The notes beneath the pieces are model-generated. The model searched no databases. It saw nothing but the letters and a program-made list of their open reading frames with translations, and was not told the DNA's origin. Of a stretch of 64,000 nucleotides of DNA, positions 1-10,090 are shown piece after piece (within the stretch, counting starts at the first letter, position 1; each line of letters starts with the position of its first letter). Position numbers and translations under genes: made by a program. The stretch comes from Dehalococcoidia bacterium (GTDB lineage: Bacteria > Chloroflexota > Dehalococcoidia > Lucifugimonadales > UBA3495): positions 80,904 to 144,903 of the forward strand of contig DAOUIY010000008.1 in the NCBI GenBank assembly GCA_034423215.1, given 5' to 3'.

Positions 1-1
1 A

Positions 2-460
2 ATGACGGAAGAGGTGGAGAAGAACCTTCTCAGCGCCGTCCGTCTTACCAGGGAAGTCATCCCCTACATGAAGCAGGAACATTGGGGCCGCATAATTAAC
101 TTGGAACTCGCCCCCACCAGGCACATTGCGGAGGGGCTGAACCAGGCATCCGCAAGGCAGCTATACCTGATTGGCTATTTCAAGTCCCTGGCCCAGGAGC
201 TGGCCCCGTTCAACATCACCGTCAACAGCCTGCTGACCGGCGCCCTGGAAACCGAGGAGCTAAAGAGCTACTTGAAAACCCGGGCCGAGGCGGATAACCT
301 GGATTTCGCGGACTTGTCCAGGCAGACGGCGAAGCGGGTCCCCATGAAGAGGCTAGGCAAGCCCGAGGAAGTGGGAGACATCGTAGCCTTCTTGGCCTCC
401 GAGAAGGCCGCCTACCTCACCGGAGCGGCCATTTCCGTTGACGGCGGCCAGACCCACTGA
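2..460 (+). CDS. short-chain dehydrogenase/reductase (SDR) family oxidoreductase, C-terminal part (5' end lies outside the window)
   Basis: ORF open from the window edge. The C-terminal sequence KRLGKPEEVGDIVAFLASEKAAYLTGAAISVDGG is typical of FabG-like SDRs. Ends in TGA. Confidence 0.8.
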   Translation: MTEEVEKNLLSAVRLTREVIPYMKQEHWGRIINLELAPTRHIAEGLNQASARQLYLIGYFKSLAQELAPFNITVNSLLTGALETEELKSYLKTRAEADNLDFADLSRQTAKRVPMKRLGKPEEVGDIVAFLASEKAAYLTGAAISVDGGQTH

Positions 461-475
461 CCAGTCGCCCAACGC

Positions 476-941
476 TATTGGAATGATGGATAAGCTGAGA
501 GTCCGCTCGTGGTGAGCCTGTCGAACCATGAACGGACGGCCCTTCGACAGGCTCAGGGTGAGCGGAAATACTATCCATCATTTCTAGGGGGTGTCGTCAA
601 ATTGAATGTGGGGGCTTCCTAGCGTCCCCTTTCGTCGTTCCCGCGAAGGCGGGAACCTCGACCGGCAGTGGTTAAGATTCCTGCCTTCGCAGGAATGACG
701 GTGCATTTGACGACACGCCTTAATAAGTTGAACCACTCGGTTGCCATACGGTTCAGCCACCCAGTTTTCGCAACCAGGAACCTCCTTTAGTTACTCTTTC
801 CGCCGCGGCACGGGCGTGTCGTCAAAAGCGCCGTAATTTCTGCGCAGGCAGGTATCTCCGCTACAGCCGGTCGAGGTATCCGCGCAGGCGGGAACGCCGA
901 ACAGGGACGCTCGACAACCTCCACCTTCAATTTGACGACGG
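476..941. repeat. cluster of nested palindromic MITE/REP-like repeats (B module 476-586 reversed; A element 589-718; degenerate inverted A copy 814-941)
   Basis: 476-586 carries inverted arms ccgctcgtggtgagcctgtcgaacc / cttcgacaggctcagggtgagcgg. 589-718 is bounded by gtgtcgtcaaat...atttgacgacac and holds hairpins GTTCCCGC-gaag-GCGGGAAC and ATTCCTGC-cttc-GCAGGAAT. Near-identical copies occur elsewhere in the window. Confidence 0.85.
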
Positions 942-1224
942 GCCTCAAAGAACTGGGCCGTAGCTCAAATGTGCCGTTGGTCCATTACCGGGGTGTCCCG
1001 GCCAGCGGGTCCCCGGTATTGCTCGCCCGCCACATGAAAAACGGCAAATACGTGCCGCCAACGGTGGCCGGGGGGACCACCCCTGGGCCAGACCTACCCG
1101 GAAACTCCTGGCGAATGACATCCGGCCCTTTCCCCGGACGCTGCCGGCGGGTAACATGGGGCCTTGCCGGCCGGGCGCCGGTCACGCCAGTCGGTCACGC
1201 TAAACCTGAGGACGAACAGAGCCC

Positions 1225-3468
1225 ATGTCCACTGCCCTTGCTCCCCTTTCAGTCCTGAAGACCCACTTCGGTTTCGACAGTTTCCGCCCGCTGCAGGAGG
1301 AAATCATCACCCACGTCCTGTCCGGCGGGGACAGCCTGGCCCTCATGCCCACGGGCGGAGGCAAGTCCCTGTGCTACCAACTGCCGGCCATGTGCCTGCC
1401 CGGAATGACCCTGGTGGTCTCGCCGCTGATTGCCCTGATGAAAGACCAGGTTGACGCGCTCAACGCCAATGGCATCCCGGCCAGGTTCATCAACAGCTCA
1501 CTGACCGCCGCCGAGATCGAGCGGGTCCAGTCCGAGGCCGCAAGGGAGCAGGTCAAGATACTCTACGTGGCGCCCGAGCGCCTTGCCAGCGCTGGCTTCC
1601 GGCGATTCCTCGGCTCTGCCAAACTCAGCCTGCTGGCCATTGACGAAGCGCACTGCATTTCCGAGTGGGGCCACGAATTTCGTCCTGACTACCGGAACCT
1701 GCGCCAGCTGCGAGCGGACTTCCCCCAGGTGCCGGCTATCGCCCTGACGGCCACCGCCACCGAGCAGGTGCGGCAGGACATTATCGAGCAACTGGGGCTG
1801 AGCCGGGGCAAGGTGTTCCTGTCCAGTTTCAACCGGGAAAACCTCACCTACTCCGTGGAGTCCAAAGAAGGATACTGGGCGAAACTACTGGCCCTGCTGA
1901 AGGAACACCGGGATGAGTCCGCCATAATCTACTGCTTCTCCCGCCAGGAAACCGAGGAACTGGCCGAGGACCTGAACTCTCGCGGCTTTCACGCCAGGCC
2001 CTACCATGCCGGCCTGGAACCAGATACCCGCCGCCTAACCCAGGACGAGTTCATCATGGACCGGACGCCCATCATCGTGGCAACCATCGCCTTCGGCATG
2101 GGCATAGACAAGCCGGATATCCGCCTGATTGTTCACCATAGCCTGCCCAAATCAGTGGAGGGGTACTACCAGGAGACGGGACGCGCCGGGCGGGACGGCC
2201 TGCCCAGCCAATGCGTCCTCTTCTATTCCTACGCCGACCGGGCCAAGCATGAGTATTTCATCAGCCGCATGGAAGACCCGTCCGAGCAGGCAAACGCCCG
2301 TCGCAAGCTGACGCAGATGGTTGAGTACGCCGAACTGCCCCTCTGCCGGCGCAAGTCGGTGCTGGAGTATTTCGGCGAAACCCGGGACGAGGACAACTGC
2401 GCAAACTGCGACGTCTGTATGACTGCCGCCGAGCACTTCGACGCAACGGAACTGGTACAGAAAATCCTCTCCGCCGTGATTCGCACGGGGGAACGCTTCG
2501 GGGCCGCGCACGTAATCAAGGTTTTGAAGGGCAGCCAAGAAAAGCGCATCCTGGAACTGGGCCACGACAAGCTCAGCGTTCACGGCATCGTCAAGGGCGT
2601 CAGCGATGCCGAACTCCGCGACGTTTTCGCACACCTTCGCGCCCGGGGTTTGCTGCTGCGACAGGAGAGCGAATACGCGGTACTCTCCGTTTCTGAGCAA
2701 GGCAAGCGGTTCCTGAGGGAACGGGAGTCAATATCCCTGCCGCGCCTGAAATCCGGGCCCGGGAGCGACAAAGCCCAGGCCCCGGGGGCCGGCCGGCGCC
2801 GGGGTCAGGTCGAGGAGGAAACGGCCGACTATGACGTGGCCCTGTTTGAAGAACTGCGCCTGCTGCGGAGAAACCTGGCCGAGGCCCAGGAGATTCCGGC
2901 TTACGTCATTTTCGGCGACGTGGCGCTGCGGTACATGGCGGCCTTCATGCCCCAGGGACTGGAGTCCTTCTCTAGGATTCCCGGCGTCGGCAAGGCAAAA
3001 CTGGACCAGTACGGCCAACGGTTCGTAACCGCCATCAACGGCTACGCCGGTCCCCGGGGCCTGCCCGACCGGGCCGGAGCGCTGACGGCCCGGCGAAACC
3101 CAACGGGTACAGGAGAAAGAGGGTCGGGTAACTCTACCGGGGCCGAGACGCGCCCCGGGTCAACTCACCGGCAGACCCGTGAACTCCTGGCAAGGGGCTT
3201 GACCGTTGCCGATGTAGCCCGGCAGCGCAACGTGAAGGAATCAACCGTAATCGGCCACCTGGAACGACTGGCCGCCCAGGGCGAGACACTGGCGCTGGAC
3301 CACCTGTTCCAAGACCAGGCGCGATTGCGCCGGATTCAGGAGGCATACGATGCCTGCGGCCTGGACTTACTGAAGCCGGTTTGGGAGCATCTGGGAGGCG
3401 AATTCAGCTACGAGGAACTGCGTCTGGTGCGCATCTTTTTGCGCCAGGAGCGGTCCAGGGAAGCATGA
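1225..3468 (+). CDS. recQ: ATP-dependent DNA helicase RecQ
   Basis: 747 aa. N-terminus FGFDSFRPLQEEII, Walker A MPTGGGKSLCYQLPA, DEAH box LLAIDEAHCISEWGHEFRPDY. Zn-binding Cys cluster and a C-terminal HRDC/HTH-like region. Confidence 0.95.
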   Translation: MSTALAPLSVLKTHFGFDSFRPLQEEIITHVLSGGDSLALMPTGGGKSLCYQLPAMCLPGMTLVVSPLIALMKDQVDALNANGIPARFINSSLTAAEIERVQSEAAREQVKILYVAPERLASAGFRRFLGSAKLSLLAIDEAHCISEWGHEFRPDYRNLRQLRADFPQVPAIALTATATEQVRQDIIEQLGLSRGKVFLSSFNRENLTYSVESKEGYWAKLLALLKEHRDESAIIYCFSRQETEELAEDLNSRGFHARPYHAGLEPDTRRLTQDEFIMDRTPIIVATIAFGMGIDKPDIRLIVHHSLPKSVEGYYQETGRAGRDGLPSQCVLFYSYADRAKHEYFISRMEDPSEQANARRKLTQMVEYAELPLCRRKSVLEYFGETRDEDNCANCDVCMTAAEHFDATELVQKILSAVIRTGERFGAAHVIKVLKGSQEKRILELGHDKLSVHGIVKGVSDAELRDVFAHLRARGLLLRQESEYAVLSVSEQGKRFLRERESISLPRLKSGPGSDKAQAPGAGRRRGQVEEETADYDVALFEELRLLRRNLAEAQEIPAYVIFGDVALRYMAAFMPQGLESFSRIPGVGKAKLDQYGQRFVTAINGYAGPRGLPDRAGALTARRNPTGTGERGSGNSTGAETRPGSTHRQTRELLARGLTVADVARQRNVKESTVIGHLERLAAQGETLALDHLFQDQARLRRIQEAYDACGLDLLKPVWEHLGGEFSYEELRLVRIFLRQERSREA

Positions 3469-3492
3469 GCGCATTGTTAGCGATATGGGAGC

Positions 3493-4095
3493 ATGATAAA
3501 ATATTATCACCCTGTAATTATTCGGATATTTGATTTGCGCACCCTTCCCCCGTTTATCGCCCCTGTAGCCTGGTTGTCCCTGGTTTTGGTTGTCGCCCTG
3601 TTTGCCGCCGGAAGCCCGGTGCAGGAAGCCGTTTCCGCCAACGGGCGGGCCACCCTGATTTCCAGCCAGGAACAGGGTCCGTACCGGTTTGAAGTTTCCA
3701 TTCTTCCCAGCCGGGCGGTGGTGAACAATACGCACCTCAGCGTGCGCGTCATGTCCCTTGAGTCTGCGGAAACGCTTACACAGGCCCAGGTGAGGGTATC
3801 GGCCGAGGGCCCGGACGCTTCCAACGAATTTGGCCCGCTGATTGCCGACAACGACGTCCTGCCCCAGTTTTTCGAGACCACGCTGCCCTTTGACGTTCCG
3901 GGCCTGTGGCAGGTGAGCATCAGCGTCGCGACCGAGTTGGGCGATGAGACGGTGCTGGTTCCGATGGATGTGCGGGAAAGCCGCCCCATTAACCTGATCC
4001 TGGTGGCGGCCATAGCGGTGGCGGTTATCGCCGTTAGCATCTGGACCTATGACCGGATCAAGTCCGGCATTCGTGCACGCCGCTCCCGTGGATGA
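3493..4095 (+). CDS. hypothetical bitopic membrane protein (possible FixH/YtkA-like ectodomain)
   Basis: 200 aa. N-terminal hydrophobic segment, central beta-rich segment, C-terminal TM helix (LILVAAIAVAVIAVSIW) and a basic tail. The start codon is uncertain because the SD spacing is poor. Confidence 0.55.
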   Translation: MIKYYHPVIIRIFDLRTLPPFIAPVAWLSLVLVVALFAAGSPVQEAVSANGRATLISSQEQGPYRFEVSILPSRAVVNNTHLSVRVMSLESAETLTQAQVRVSAEGPDASNEFGPLIADNDVLPQFFETTLPFDVPGLWQVSISVATELGDETVLVPMDVRESRPINLILVAAIAVAVIAVSIWTYDRIKSGIRARRSRG

Positions 4096-4188
4096 GCCGC
4101 AACGCCCGTGGCGATTATGCGGCTTAGGGTTGGTCGGGCCGCCTGGAAGAGTCCAAGGACCCTATTTGTACGTATTAGTACCGTTAAG

Positions 4189-4608
4189 ATGACGCAGTTT
4201 CTCCGGCCCCTGGTTGCGATTGCCCTGTACGCGCTGCTGCTGCCGGTGGCGGGTCCCCTGCTGGACCACCACTATGCCGAGTGGCAGCACAATCACGCCC
4301 ACGTATATTTCGGCAATGGCCCCGAGGGTAGCCAGGGTTATCACCTGCACATTTACGACTGGCAGGGTAGCCACGGCCACCTGCCCACGTCCGAAACGGA
4401 CGACGGCAACGCGCCGGGAGGGCTGGCCTACTTTACCAACCAGGATGGCTCCGCCAACGGAATGGTTTATTCGCCCGTGGGACCCACCCTGGAGACACCC
4501 TGCTACCCCGACCCCGACGATTGCCCCTTGCTGACTCAGTTTGACGCCGCGGAGACCCGGCCCCCGGGAACCCGTCCGGCGCCTCCCCTGAGACCTCCGA
4601 CCGCATAA
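4189..4608 (+). CDS. hypothetical His-rich membrane-anchored protein
   Basis: N-terminal TM helix LRPLVAIALYALLLPVAG, then His-rich stretches HHYAEWQHNHAHVYF and GYHLHIYDWQGSHGHL. I chose the internal ATG at 4189; the ORF is open from 4108. Confidence 0.5.
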   Translation: MTQFLRPLVAIALYALLLPVAGPLLDHHYAEWQHNHAHVYFGNGPEGSQGYHLHIYDWQGSHGHLPTSETDDGNAPGGLAYFTNQDGSANGMVYSPVGPTLETPCYPDPDDCPLLTQFDAAETRPPGTRPAPPLRPPTA

Positions 4609-4903
4609 CGCTCCCCATAACGCTTACATCGAACATTCCAGTCAAAAGCGCGCCAGCCCATTGCCTTGGTTAGTACCCGGGCCTGGGAAGAGTCTTTGTC
4701 GCAAAAGAATTCCCTGGCCCATCCCCTCAGACCCGGTTGGGAGTACAACCTAGATCTCGCTGTTTATGCCTGCCTTCGCTGGCAGAACGGCTGAAGTTGC
4801 AACTCCCAACCGGACCCACGGCCTGGGGCGCGAAGATATCCTGACCGGAGACGTTCACCAGGACTCTCATCAACCCAGACTGGAGACCTAAACAGGAGTC
4901 GCA

Positions 4904-6247
4904 ATGCGTCTGACCAAGAAGAGCTTTCTCTTGCTTGTATCTATTATTTCGATCGTGGTTCTGGCGCTGACCGCAGCCTGCGGTTCCGAGCAGCCCGCCA
5001 CCGAAGGGACGGGTAGCGCCGCCGGTCCCGGCCAGGCCAGCGCCGCCGCCGTTGGAGAAGCCACAGCTGTAGAAAATACGGCGGAAGAAACATCCATTCC
5101 GGTGAAGTTTGCGGAGCAGCAACTTACTCCCGAGACCATACGGGTCCGGCAGGGCGACGACGTTACCCTGCAACTGGAAACCGACCGGCCGGGTTCATTC
5201 CACATCCACGGCTACGATTATGAAAAGGAGGCCCGAGTGGGAGAGGTCACCGATTTCCGCTTCACCGCTGACGCCACCGGGAGATTTCGCATAAATTTCC
5301 ACGGCGCCGCTTCGGCAATGCCCATGGAAGGCGGGGATGACAACTCAAACAGTGATTCCGGCGGCCATCACCAGACGGGACACGCCCCGGTGGCGTCGTC
5401 CGTTCCCCTGGCCGTGGACTTTGCAGCCGAGGTCACCGAGGCGGGAAGCCTCCACGTGAACATCACCACCGAGGGCTGGCGCTGGGCCCCGGAGGAAGTT
5501 AACGAGGCCAATGCCGACGGCGCAGGCCACGCCCACATTTATGCCAACGGGGTGAAGCTGTCCCGGATTTATGGTCCCTACTACTACCTGGACGGCCTGG
5601 GGCCGGGAACCCACGAACTGCGGGTTGCCCTCAACACCAACTCCCACGAAGAACTTACCTGGCAGGGACGCCCACTCGAATCCACCAGCGTCATTACTAT
5701 TCCCGAATCGGCCTCCGGGCAACAAGGCGAGACGCCGATGGAGCCCCTGGAAGCCGAGTCCCTCATGTCAGTGGAGATAGTCGTCCACAAGGACGATCTG
5801 GGGGGCTACAACCTGGAAACTTCCGTCCAGGGGTTTGAGTTCGCTCATGGCGCCAACCTGGGCCACGAAGCCGGCCGAGGCTATGGCCTGCTGTCCATCA
5901 ATGGGGAGGGAGTCAACCGCATCTACGTTCCCTGGCTCAACCTGCCCGCCCAGGGAGAGGGCAACCACACCTTTACTGTGACGCTGTTGAACAGCGAAGG
6001 CAGGCCCTACCATCACGATGGCGCTCCCGTGTCCGCGTCGGTCCAGGTCCATGAGATGGCCAAGCCGGAAGAGGGAACGTCCAGCTCGGCCCCCGGACAC
6101 GACTCTAGGCCGGATGCCGCCGGAGGGTCCGGCCATCACGGCAACGGTTCGGCTGGCGGGAGCAGCCATGGACAGGCGGACTCCGGTTCCGGTGAAGGCA
6201 ATACCATAGACCTGGAGATAGGCTACCTGGAGGTCCTGCCCCGGTAG
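4904..6247 (+). CDS. lipoprotein with a cupredoxin-like domain, two internal repeat domains and a His/Gly/Ser-rich tail (putative metal binding)
   Basis: Signal peptide with lipobox LALTAAC. Cupredoxin-like segment TIRVRQGDDVTLQLETDRPGSFHIHGYD...FRINFHG, with no canonical type-1 Cu Cys. Two related segments (GHAHIYANGVKLSRIYGPYYYL.. and GYGLLSINGEGVNRIYVPWLNL..). Tail GSGHHGNGSAGGSSHGQ. Confidence 0.7.
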   Translation: MRLTKKSFLLLVSIISIVVLALTAACGSEQPATEGTGSAAGPGQASAAAVGEATAVENTAEETSIPVKFAEQQLTPETIRVRQGDDVTLQLETDRPGSFHIHGYDYEKEARVGEVTDFRFTADATGRFRINFHGAASAMPMEGGDDNSNSDSGGHHQTGHAPVASSVPLAVDFAAEVTEAGSLHVNITTEGWRWAPEEVNEANADGAGHAHIYANGVKLSRIYGPYYYLDGLGPGTHELRVALNTNSHEELTWQGRPLESTSVITIPESASGQQGETPMEPLEAESLMSVEIVVHKDDLGGYNLETSVQGFEFAHGANLGHEAGRGYGLLSINGEGVNRIYVPWLNLPAQGEGNHTFTVTLLNSEGRPYHHDGAPVSASVQVHEMAKPEEGTSSSAPGHDSRPDAAGGSGHHGNGSAGGSSHGQADSGSGEGNTIDLEIGYLEVLPR

Positions 6248-6352
6248 AAGGCGTTTCAGGGCCGGGAGTCTCTTCCTCTTGTTGGGGAAGTGTTGGGCCG
6301 GGGCGCTTGAAGGCGCGAAGCCATCGCCCTGCCGGCAACAACCAAGACTGAC

Positions 6353-6376
6353 GGGGCCGCCCGGTGGGCGGCCCCG
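6353..6376. terminator. GC-rich hairpin between convergent genes (candidate bidirectional terminator)
   Basis: GGGGCCGCCC-ggtg-GGGCGGCCCC, a perfect 10-bp stem. It lies between the lipoprotein gene (+, ends 6247) and purL (-, ends 6453). Flanks are modestly T-rich on both strands. Confidence 0.55.
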
Positions 6377-6452
6377 CAATGTTAGATTTCGATGCGGTGG
6401 ACCTGAGGAACCGGCCTCATCGCTACTGGCCCAGGGGTCACTGACCGGGCGG

Positions 6453-8684
6453 TCACTGGCCGAGGGCTCGTTCCAGGCCTCCCTCCCACGCCTCGCGAAT
6501 CTCGTCCAGGGCCACATCGGCGTAGCCTCCCAGCCGGAACCTGGGCCCTCCGGTCCATCCAATTTCCATCATCGGCACGTTCGTTTGGCCAGCCATGCGG
6601 CGAAGCTCCGGCAGGGCCTCCCGTTCCAGGGATACCACCACTCGCGACTGCCGTTCCCCGAAGAGGGCGCAGTCCCAGCGCGGCATGAGGATGTTCAAAG
6701 GCCTGGAACCCCGGAAACCGATTCCCCCCGGAATGGAGCACTCGGCCAGGGCCACCGCCAGGCCGCCATCCGAGCAGTCGTGGGCCGACGCAATTACCCC
6801 CGCCTGAATTCCCTGGCGGCACAGGGCCTGCACCCTGCTCTCCATCCCCAGGTCAATGGCGGGTTTGCCTTCCACCCGGCCGCAAATGACTTCCAGGTAT
6901 TCACTGCCCGCCAGGTCCGACGCCCGGGGCCGCAGCTTGCTCTGGCCCAGCAGGACCACGGGCATGCCCTCATCGGGGAAGTAGGACCGGGCGTGGCGGT
7001 TGACATCATCCAGCAATCCCAGGCCGCCAACAATCGGCGTGGGGTAGATGGCCTGTCCCTGGGACTCATTGTACAAACTGACGTTGCCGCTGATTACCGG
7101 CACGCCCAGGGCGCGACAGGCCCGGGCCATTCCCCGGATGCACCATTCAAGCTGGTAGTAGATGTCCGGCCGTTCCGGGTTGCCAAAATTCAGGCAGTCG
7201 GTCAGGGCCAGGGGTTCAGCCCCCACTGCGGACAGGTTGCGGCACACCTCGGCAACCGCTATTTGCCCGCCCCGGTAGGGGTCCAGGTAGCAGTACCGGC
7301 CATTCCCGTCAATGCTGAGGGCTATTGCCTTTTCCGTCCCATCCCTGCTGCCCTTGATTCTCAACACCGCAGCGTCGCAGCCCGGAACCACCACGGTATT
7401 GGTCTGGACCTGGTGGTCGTACTGGCGGTAAACGGAACGCTTGCTGGCTATGTTGGGAGCGGCCAGCAACCTGAGCAGCGCATCCACGACGACGACGCCA
7501 GGCGGGGGCGCATCTTCCAGGGTCAGATTCTGCCGCTTCAACTGTTCGGGAGAAGGCTGGCCCTTCAGGCGATACATGGGAGCTTCGGTCAGGTGTTTGA
7601 TGGGCAGTTGGGCGATGCGCTGGTCGCCGTCCAGAATGTGGGCCTCGGGACCCTCGATAACCTGCCCAATCTCCTGGCACGGCACGTCCCACTTGTCGAA
7701 TACTTTTCGCACCCGTCCTACGTGCTCGGGCTTCGTTACCAGGAGCATCCTTTCCTGGGACTCGGAGAGCATGACCTCGTAGCCGGTCATGCCCGCTTCC
7801 CGCCGGTTGACCTGGCCGATGTCCAACACTATCCCGCGCCGCCCCCGGTAGGCGGATTCTATGGCCGCGCTGGTAAGGCCCGCGGCGCCCAGGTCCTGGA
7901 TGCCGCTAACCAAACCGGTTTCCAGCGCCTCCAGGCAGGACTCAATCAGCACCTTTTCCAGGAACGGGTTGCCCACCTGCACCGTGGGCCGTAGTTCCTG
8001 TTCCTCTTCGAAGGTGCGGGAGGCCAGCCCCGAAGCGCCGTGAATCCCGTCCCGGCCCGTGCCGGCGCCCACCAGCAAAAGTACGCTGCCGGTATTGCCG
8101 GCGGCGGCGGTGGCCAGCTTATCGGTGGCAACCAGCCCGACGCACATGGCGTTTACCAGCGGGTTCTGGGAATAGGACTCGTCGAAGTAGATTTCCCCGC
8201 CGACGTCGGGCACGCCGATGCAGTTTCCGTACCAGGATATGCCCTCCACGACGCCGCGAAACAGGTATCGGTTGGCGGTGGAGTCCAGGGGGCCAAAGCG
8301 CAGGGAATTCAGTAGGGCGACGGGTCTCGCGCCCATGGCCAGGATGTCCCGGACAATGCCGCCGACGCCGGTGGCAGCCCCCTGCCTTGGCTCCACCGCC
8401 GATGGGTGGTTGTGGGACTCAACTTTGAACACTACTGCCATCCCGTCGCCGATGTCCACCGCCCCCGCGTTTTCCGCACCGGACTGGGAGAGCACGCGAC
8501 GGGAACGACTGGGGAAGAACTTCAGCAACGGCCGGGAATGCTTATAGCCGCAGTGTTCGCTCCACAGCGCTCCGAACATGCCCAGTTCAACCGGGTTGGG
8601 CTCCCGGTCCAGGCGGTCAACTATCATGTCGTACTCGGCCTGGCTCAGGGCAATTTCGTCCAGGACTTCTTTGGAAACGGGCAT
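6453..8684 (-). CDS. purL: phosphoribosylformylglycinamidine synthase subunit PurL
   Basis: 743 aa. FGALWSEHCGYKHSRPLL and AIR-synthase-like repeats, with the size typical of small-type PurL. Confidence 0.95.
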   Translation of the reverse strand: MPVSKEVLDEIALSQAEYDMIVDRLDREPNPVELGMFGALWSEHCGYKHSRPLLKFFPSRSRRVLSQSGAENAGAVDIGDGMAVVFKVESHNHPSAVEPRQGAATGVGGIVRDILAMGARPVALLNSLRFGPLDSTANRYLFRGVVEGISWYGNCIGVPDVGGEIYFDESYSQNPLVNAMCVGLVATDKLATAAAGNTGSVLLLVGAGTGRDGIHGASGLASRTFEEEQELRPTVQVGNPFLEKVLIESCLEALETGLVSGIQDLGAAGLTSAAIESAYRGRRGIVLDIGQVNRREAGMTGYEVMLSESQERMLLVTKPEHVGRVRKVFDKWDVPCQEIGQVIEGPEAHILDGDQRIAQLPIKHLTEAPMYRLKGQPSPEQLKRQNLTLEDAPPPGVVVVDALLRLLAAPNIASKRSVYRQYDHQVQTNTVVVPGCDAAVLRIKGSRDGTEKAIALSIDGNGRYCYLDPYRGGQIAVAEVCRNLSAVGAEPLALTDCLNFGNPERPDIYYQLEWCIRGMARACRALGVPVISGNVSLYNESQGQAIYPTPIVGGLGLLDDVNRHARSYFPDEGMPVVLLGQSKLRPRASDLAGSEYLEVICGRVEGKPAIDLGMESRVQALCRQGIQAGVIASAHDCSDGGLAVALAECSIPGGIGFRGSRPLNILMPRWDCALFGERQSRVVVSLEREALPELRRMAGQTNVPMMEIGWTGGPRFRLGGYADVALDEIREAWEGGLERALGQ

Positions 8685-8864
8685 AGCGCCTCTTCAGTTA
8701 CCGAAAAAGGAATGAATGGCAAAGGGAGAAACGAGGGTCGCCGGCAGGCATGGGCGGCAACGGCAATACGGCCGGGACCTTAGCAACCGCTACAGCCGGT
8801 TGACGGCGCAGAACCCGGTTTCCGGCCTACCCGCGACGCCTTGACCTTCACCTGGGAAGCCCCT

Positions 8865-9833
8865 TTAGCCGTTGAAGGGCAGGCCCGCCCCTTCGTCAAA
8901 ACCCAGCATCAGGTTCAGGTTTTGTATAGCCGCGCCGCAGGCCCCCTTGCCCAGGTTATCCAGCAGGGCCACCAGCAGCACGTGCCCCGAAGGATGGGGA
9001 GCGACGTGCAGTTCTATCCGGTTGGTATCGTTGCAGCTTTCCGGGTTGAAGCTGCGCTCGTTGAGGGCCCCGGGTTCCTGGAGGTGGGCTACCTCCACGA
9101 ACTTCTCGTCCTGGTAACGCTCGTACAACGTCTCCCAGACCTGCTCTCCCACGTTACCGGACCCGGGATTCAGCATAGAAGCGTGAACCGGGACCTGGAC
9201 CCTCATTCCGCAGCGGAAAGGGCCGACGGAGGGTACGAACTGGGGTTCGGCCGTCACCCGGGCATATTTCACCATTTCCGGTATGTGCTTGTGACGCTGG
9301 TAGAGGGCATACGGAGCCTCAAAGGGCAGCGCGTCCAGCCCGTTCTCCGGGTTCTCCCACTTGCTTATCAGAGAGTTGCCCCCACCCGAGTAACCGGACA
9401 GGGCATTTATGGAAATCGGGGCATCCTCCGACAGCAGCCCGGCATCTATCAGAGGACGCACCAGCAGAATAAAGCCGGTGGGATAGCAGCCCGGGTTGCT
9501 CACCAGCTTGGCTTCTTGTATTGACTCCCTCTGGCCGGCATTGAGTTCGGGCAAACCGTAGGCCCAGCCGTCGGCCACCCGGTGGGCGGTGCTGGCGTCA
9601 ATCAGGCGGGTGTCCGTATCCTGTACCCACCCGGCGACCTCTTCGGCAGCGTCATCGGGCAGGCACAGCACCGCCAGGTCCGCCTCCTCTATCTGACCTC
9701 GCCGTTCCTCCGGGTTGCGGCGCAATTCCTCGGGCAGGGTCAGCAGTTCAACGTCTTGCCTGTCCGCCATCCACTGGTGAATGCGGAGCCCGGTGGTTCC
9801 GGTGTGCCCGTCAATGAAAACCTTGGGTAGCAT
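8865..9833 (-). CDS. argC: N-acetyl-gamma-glutamyl-phosphate reductase (short type)
   Basis: 322 aa. N-terminal FIDGHTGTTGLRI NAD-binding motif and active-site NPGCYPTG. Confidence 0.9.
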   Translation of the reverse strand: MLPKVFIDGHTGTTGLRIHQWMADRQDVELLTLPEELRRNPEERRGQIEEADLAVLCLPDDAAEEVAGWVQDTDTRLIDASTAHRVADGWAYGLPELNAGQRESIQEAKLVSNPGCYPTGFILLVRPLIDAGLLSEDAPISINALSGYSGGGNSLISKWENPENGLDALPFEAPYALYQRHKHIPEMVKYARVTAEPQFVPSVGPFRCGMRVQVPVHASMLNPGSGNVGEQVWETLYERYQDEKFVEVAHLQEPGALNERSFNPESCNDTNRIELHVAPHPSGHVLLVALLDNLGKGACGAAIQNLNLMLGFDEGAGLPFNG

Positions 9834-9957
9834 TTCAGGCCCTCATCTAATTTCTGGAATTGGCTTCAAGATTCCCTTTTCCCTTGATGGAGAAGGATTG
9901 GGATGGATGCAAAGGCCCTGGTCGCCCTCTTACCCCGCTGGCAAGTGGCTTGCCTAG

Positions 9958-10090
9958 GGCGTGTCGTCAAATGCACCGTCATTCCTGCGAAGGCAGGAAT
10001 CTTAACTACTGCCGGTCGAGGTTCCCGCCTTCGCGGGAACGACGAAAGGGGACGCTGGGAAGCCCCCACATTCAATTTGACGACACCCCC
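9958..10090 (-). repeat. A-type MITE-like element (reverse orientation relative to 589-718)
   Basis: ggcgtgtcgtcaaatgcaccgtcATTCCTGCgaagGCAGGAAT...GTTCCCGCcttcGCGGGAAC...cacattcaatttgacgacaccccc. Near-identical to the reverse complement of 589-718 and to 25696-25828. Confidence 0.9.

Noticed and set aside
932-1454. Overlapping ORFs (932-1258 +, 945-1185 -, 1164-1454 +) upstream of and into recQ
   Set aside because: They are Arg/Pro/Gly-rich translations typical of off-frame GC-rich DNA. They overlap repeat remnants and the well-supported recQ frame, and have no SD or recognisable motif.
4093-4110. In-frame TGA between ORF 3493-4095 and ORF 4108-4608, considered as possible Sec readthrough
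   Set aside because: The upstream protein ends in a normal post-TM basic tail (RARRSRG). There is no redox motif at the TGA and no downstream hairpin. The second protein has its own N-terminal TM segment. The shared frame is coincidental.
6279-7994. 571-aa ORF on the + strand
   Set aside because: It is antisense to purL, whose identity is unambiguous. The translation is low-complexity and Gly/Arg/Pro/Ala-rich. This is a shadow ORF of high-GC DNA.
8685-8864. purL 5' region, checked for a purine/ZTP-type riboswitch. Also the absence of purS next to purQ/purL
   Set aside because: I could not find the conserved cores of the purine or ZTP (pfl) motifs by eye. purS may simply be encoded elsewhere. 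Nothing can be concluded from this window.
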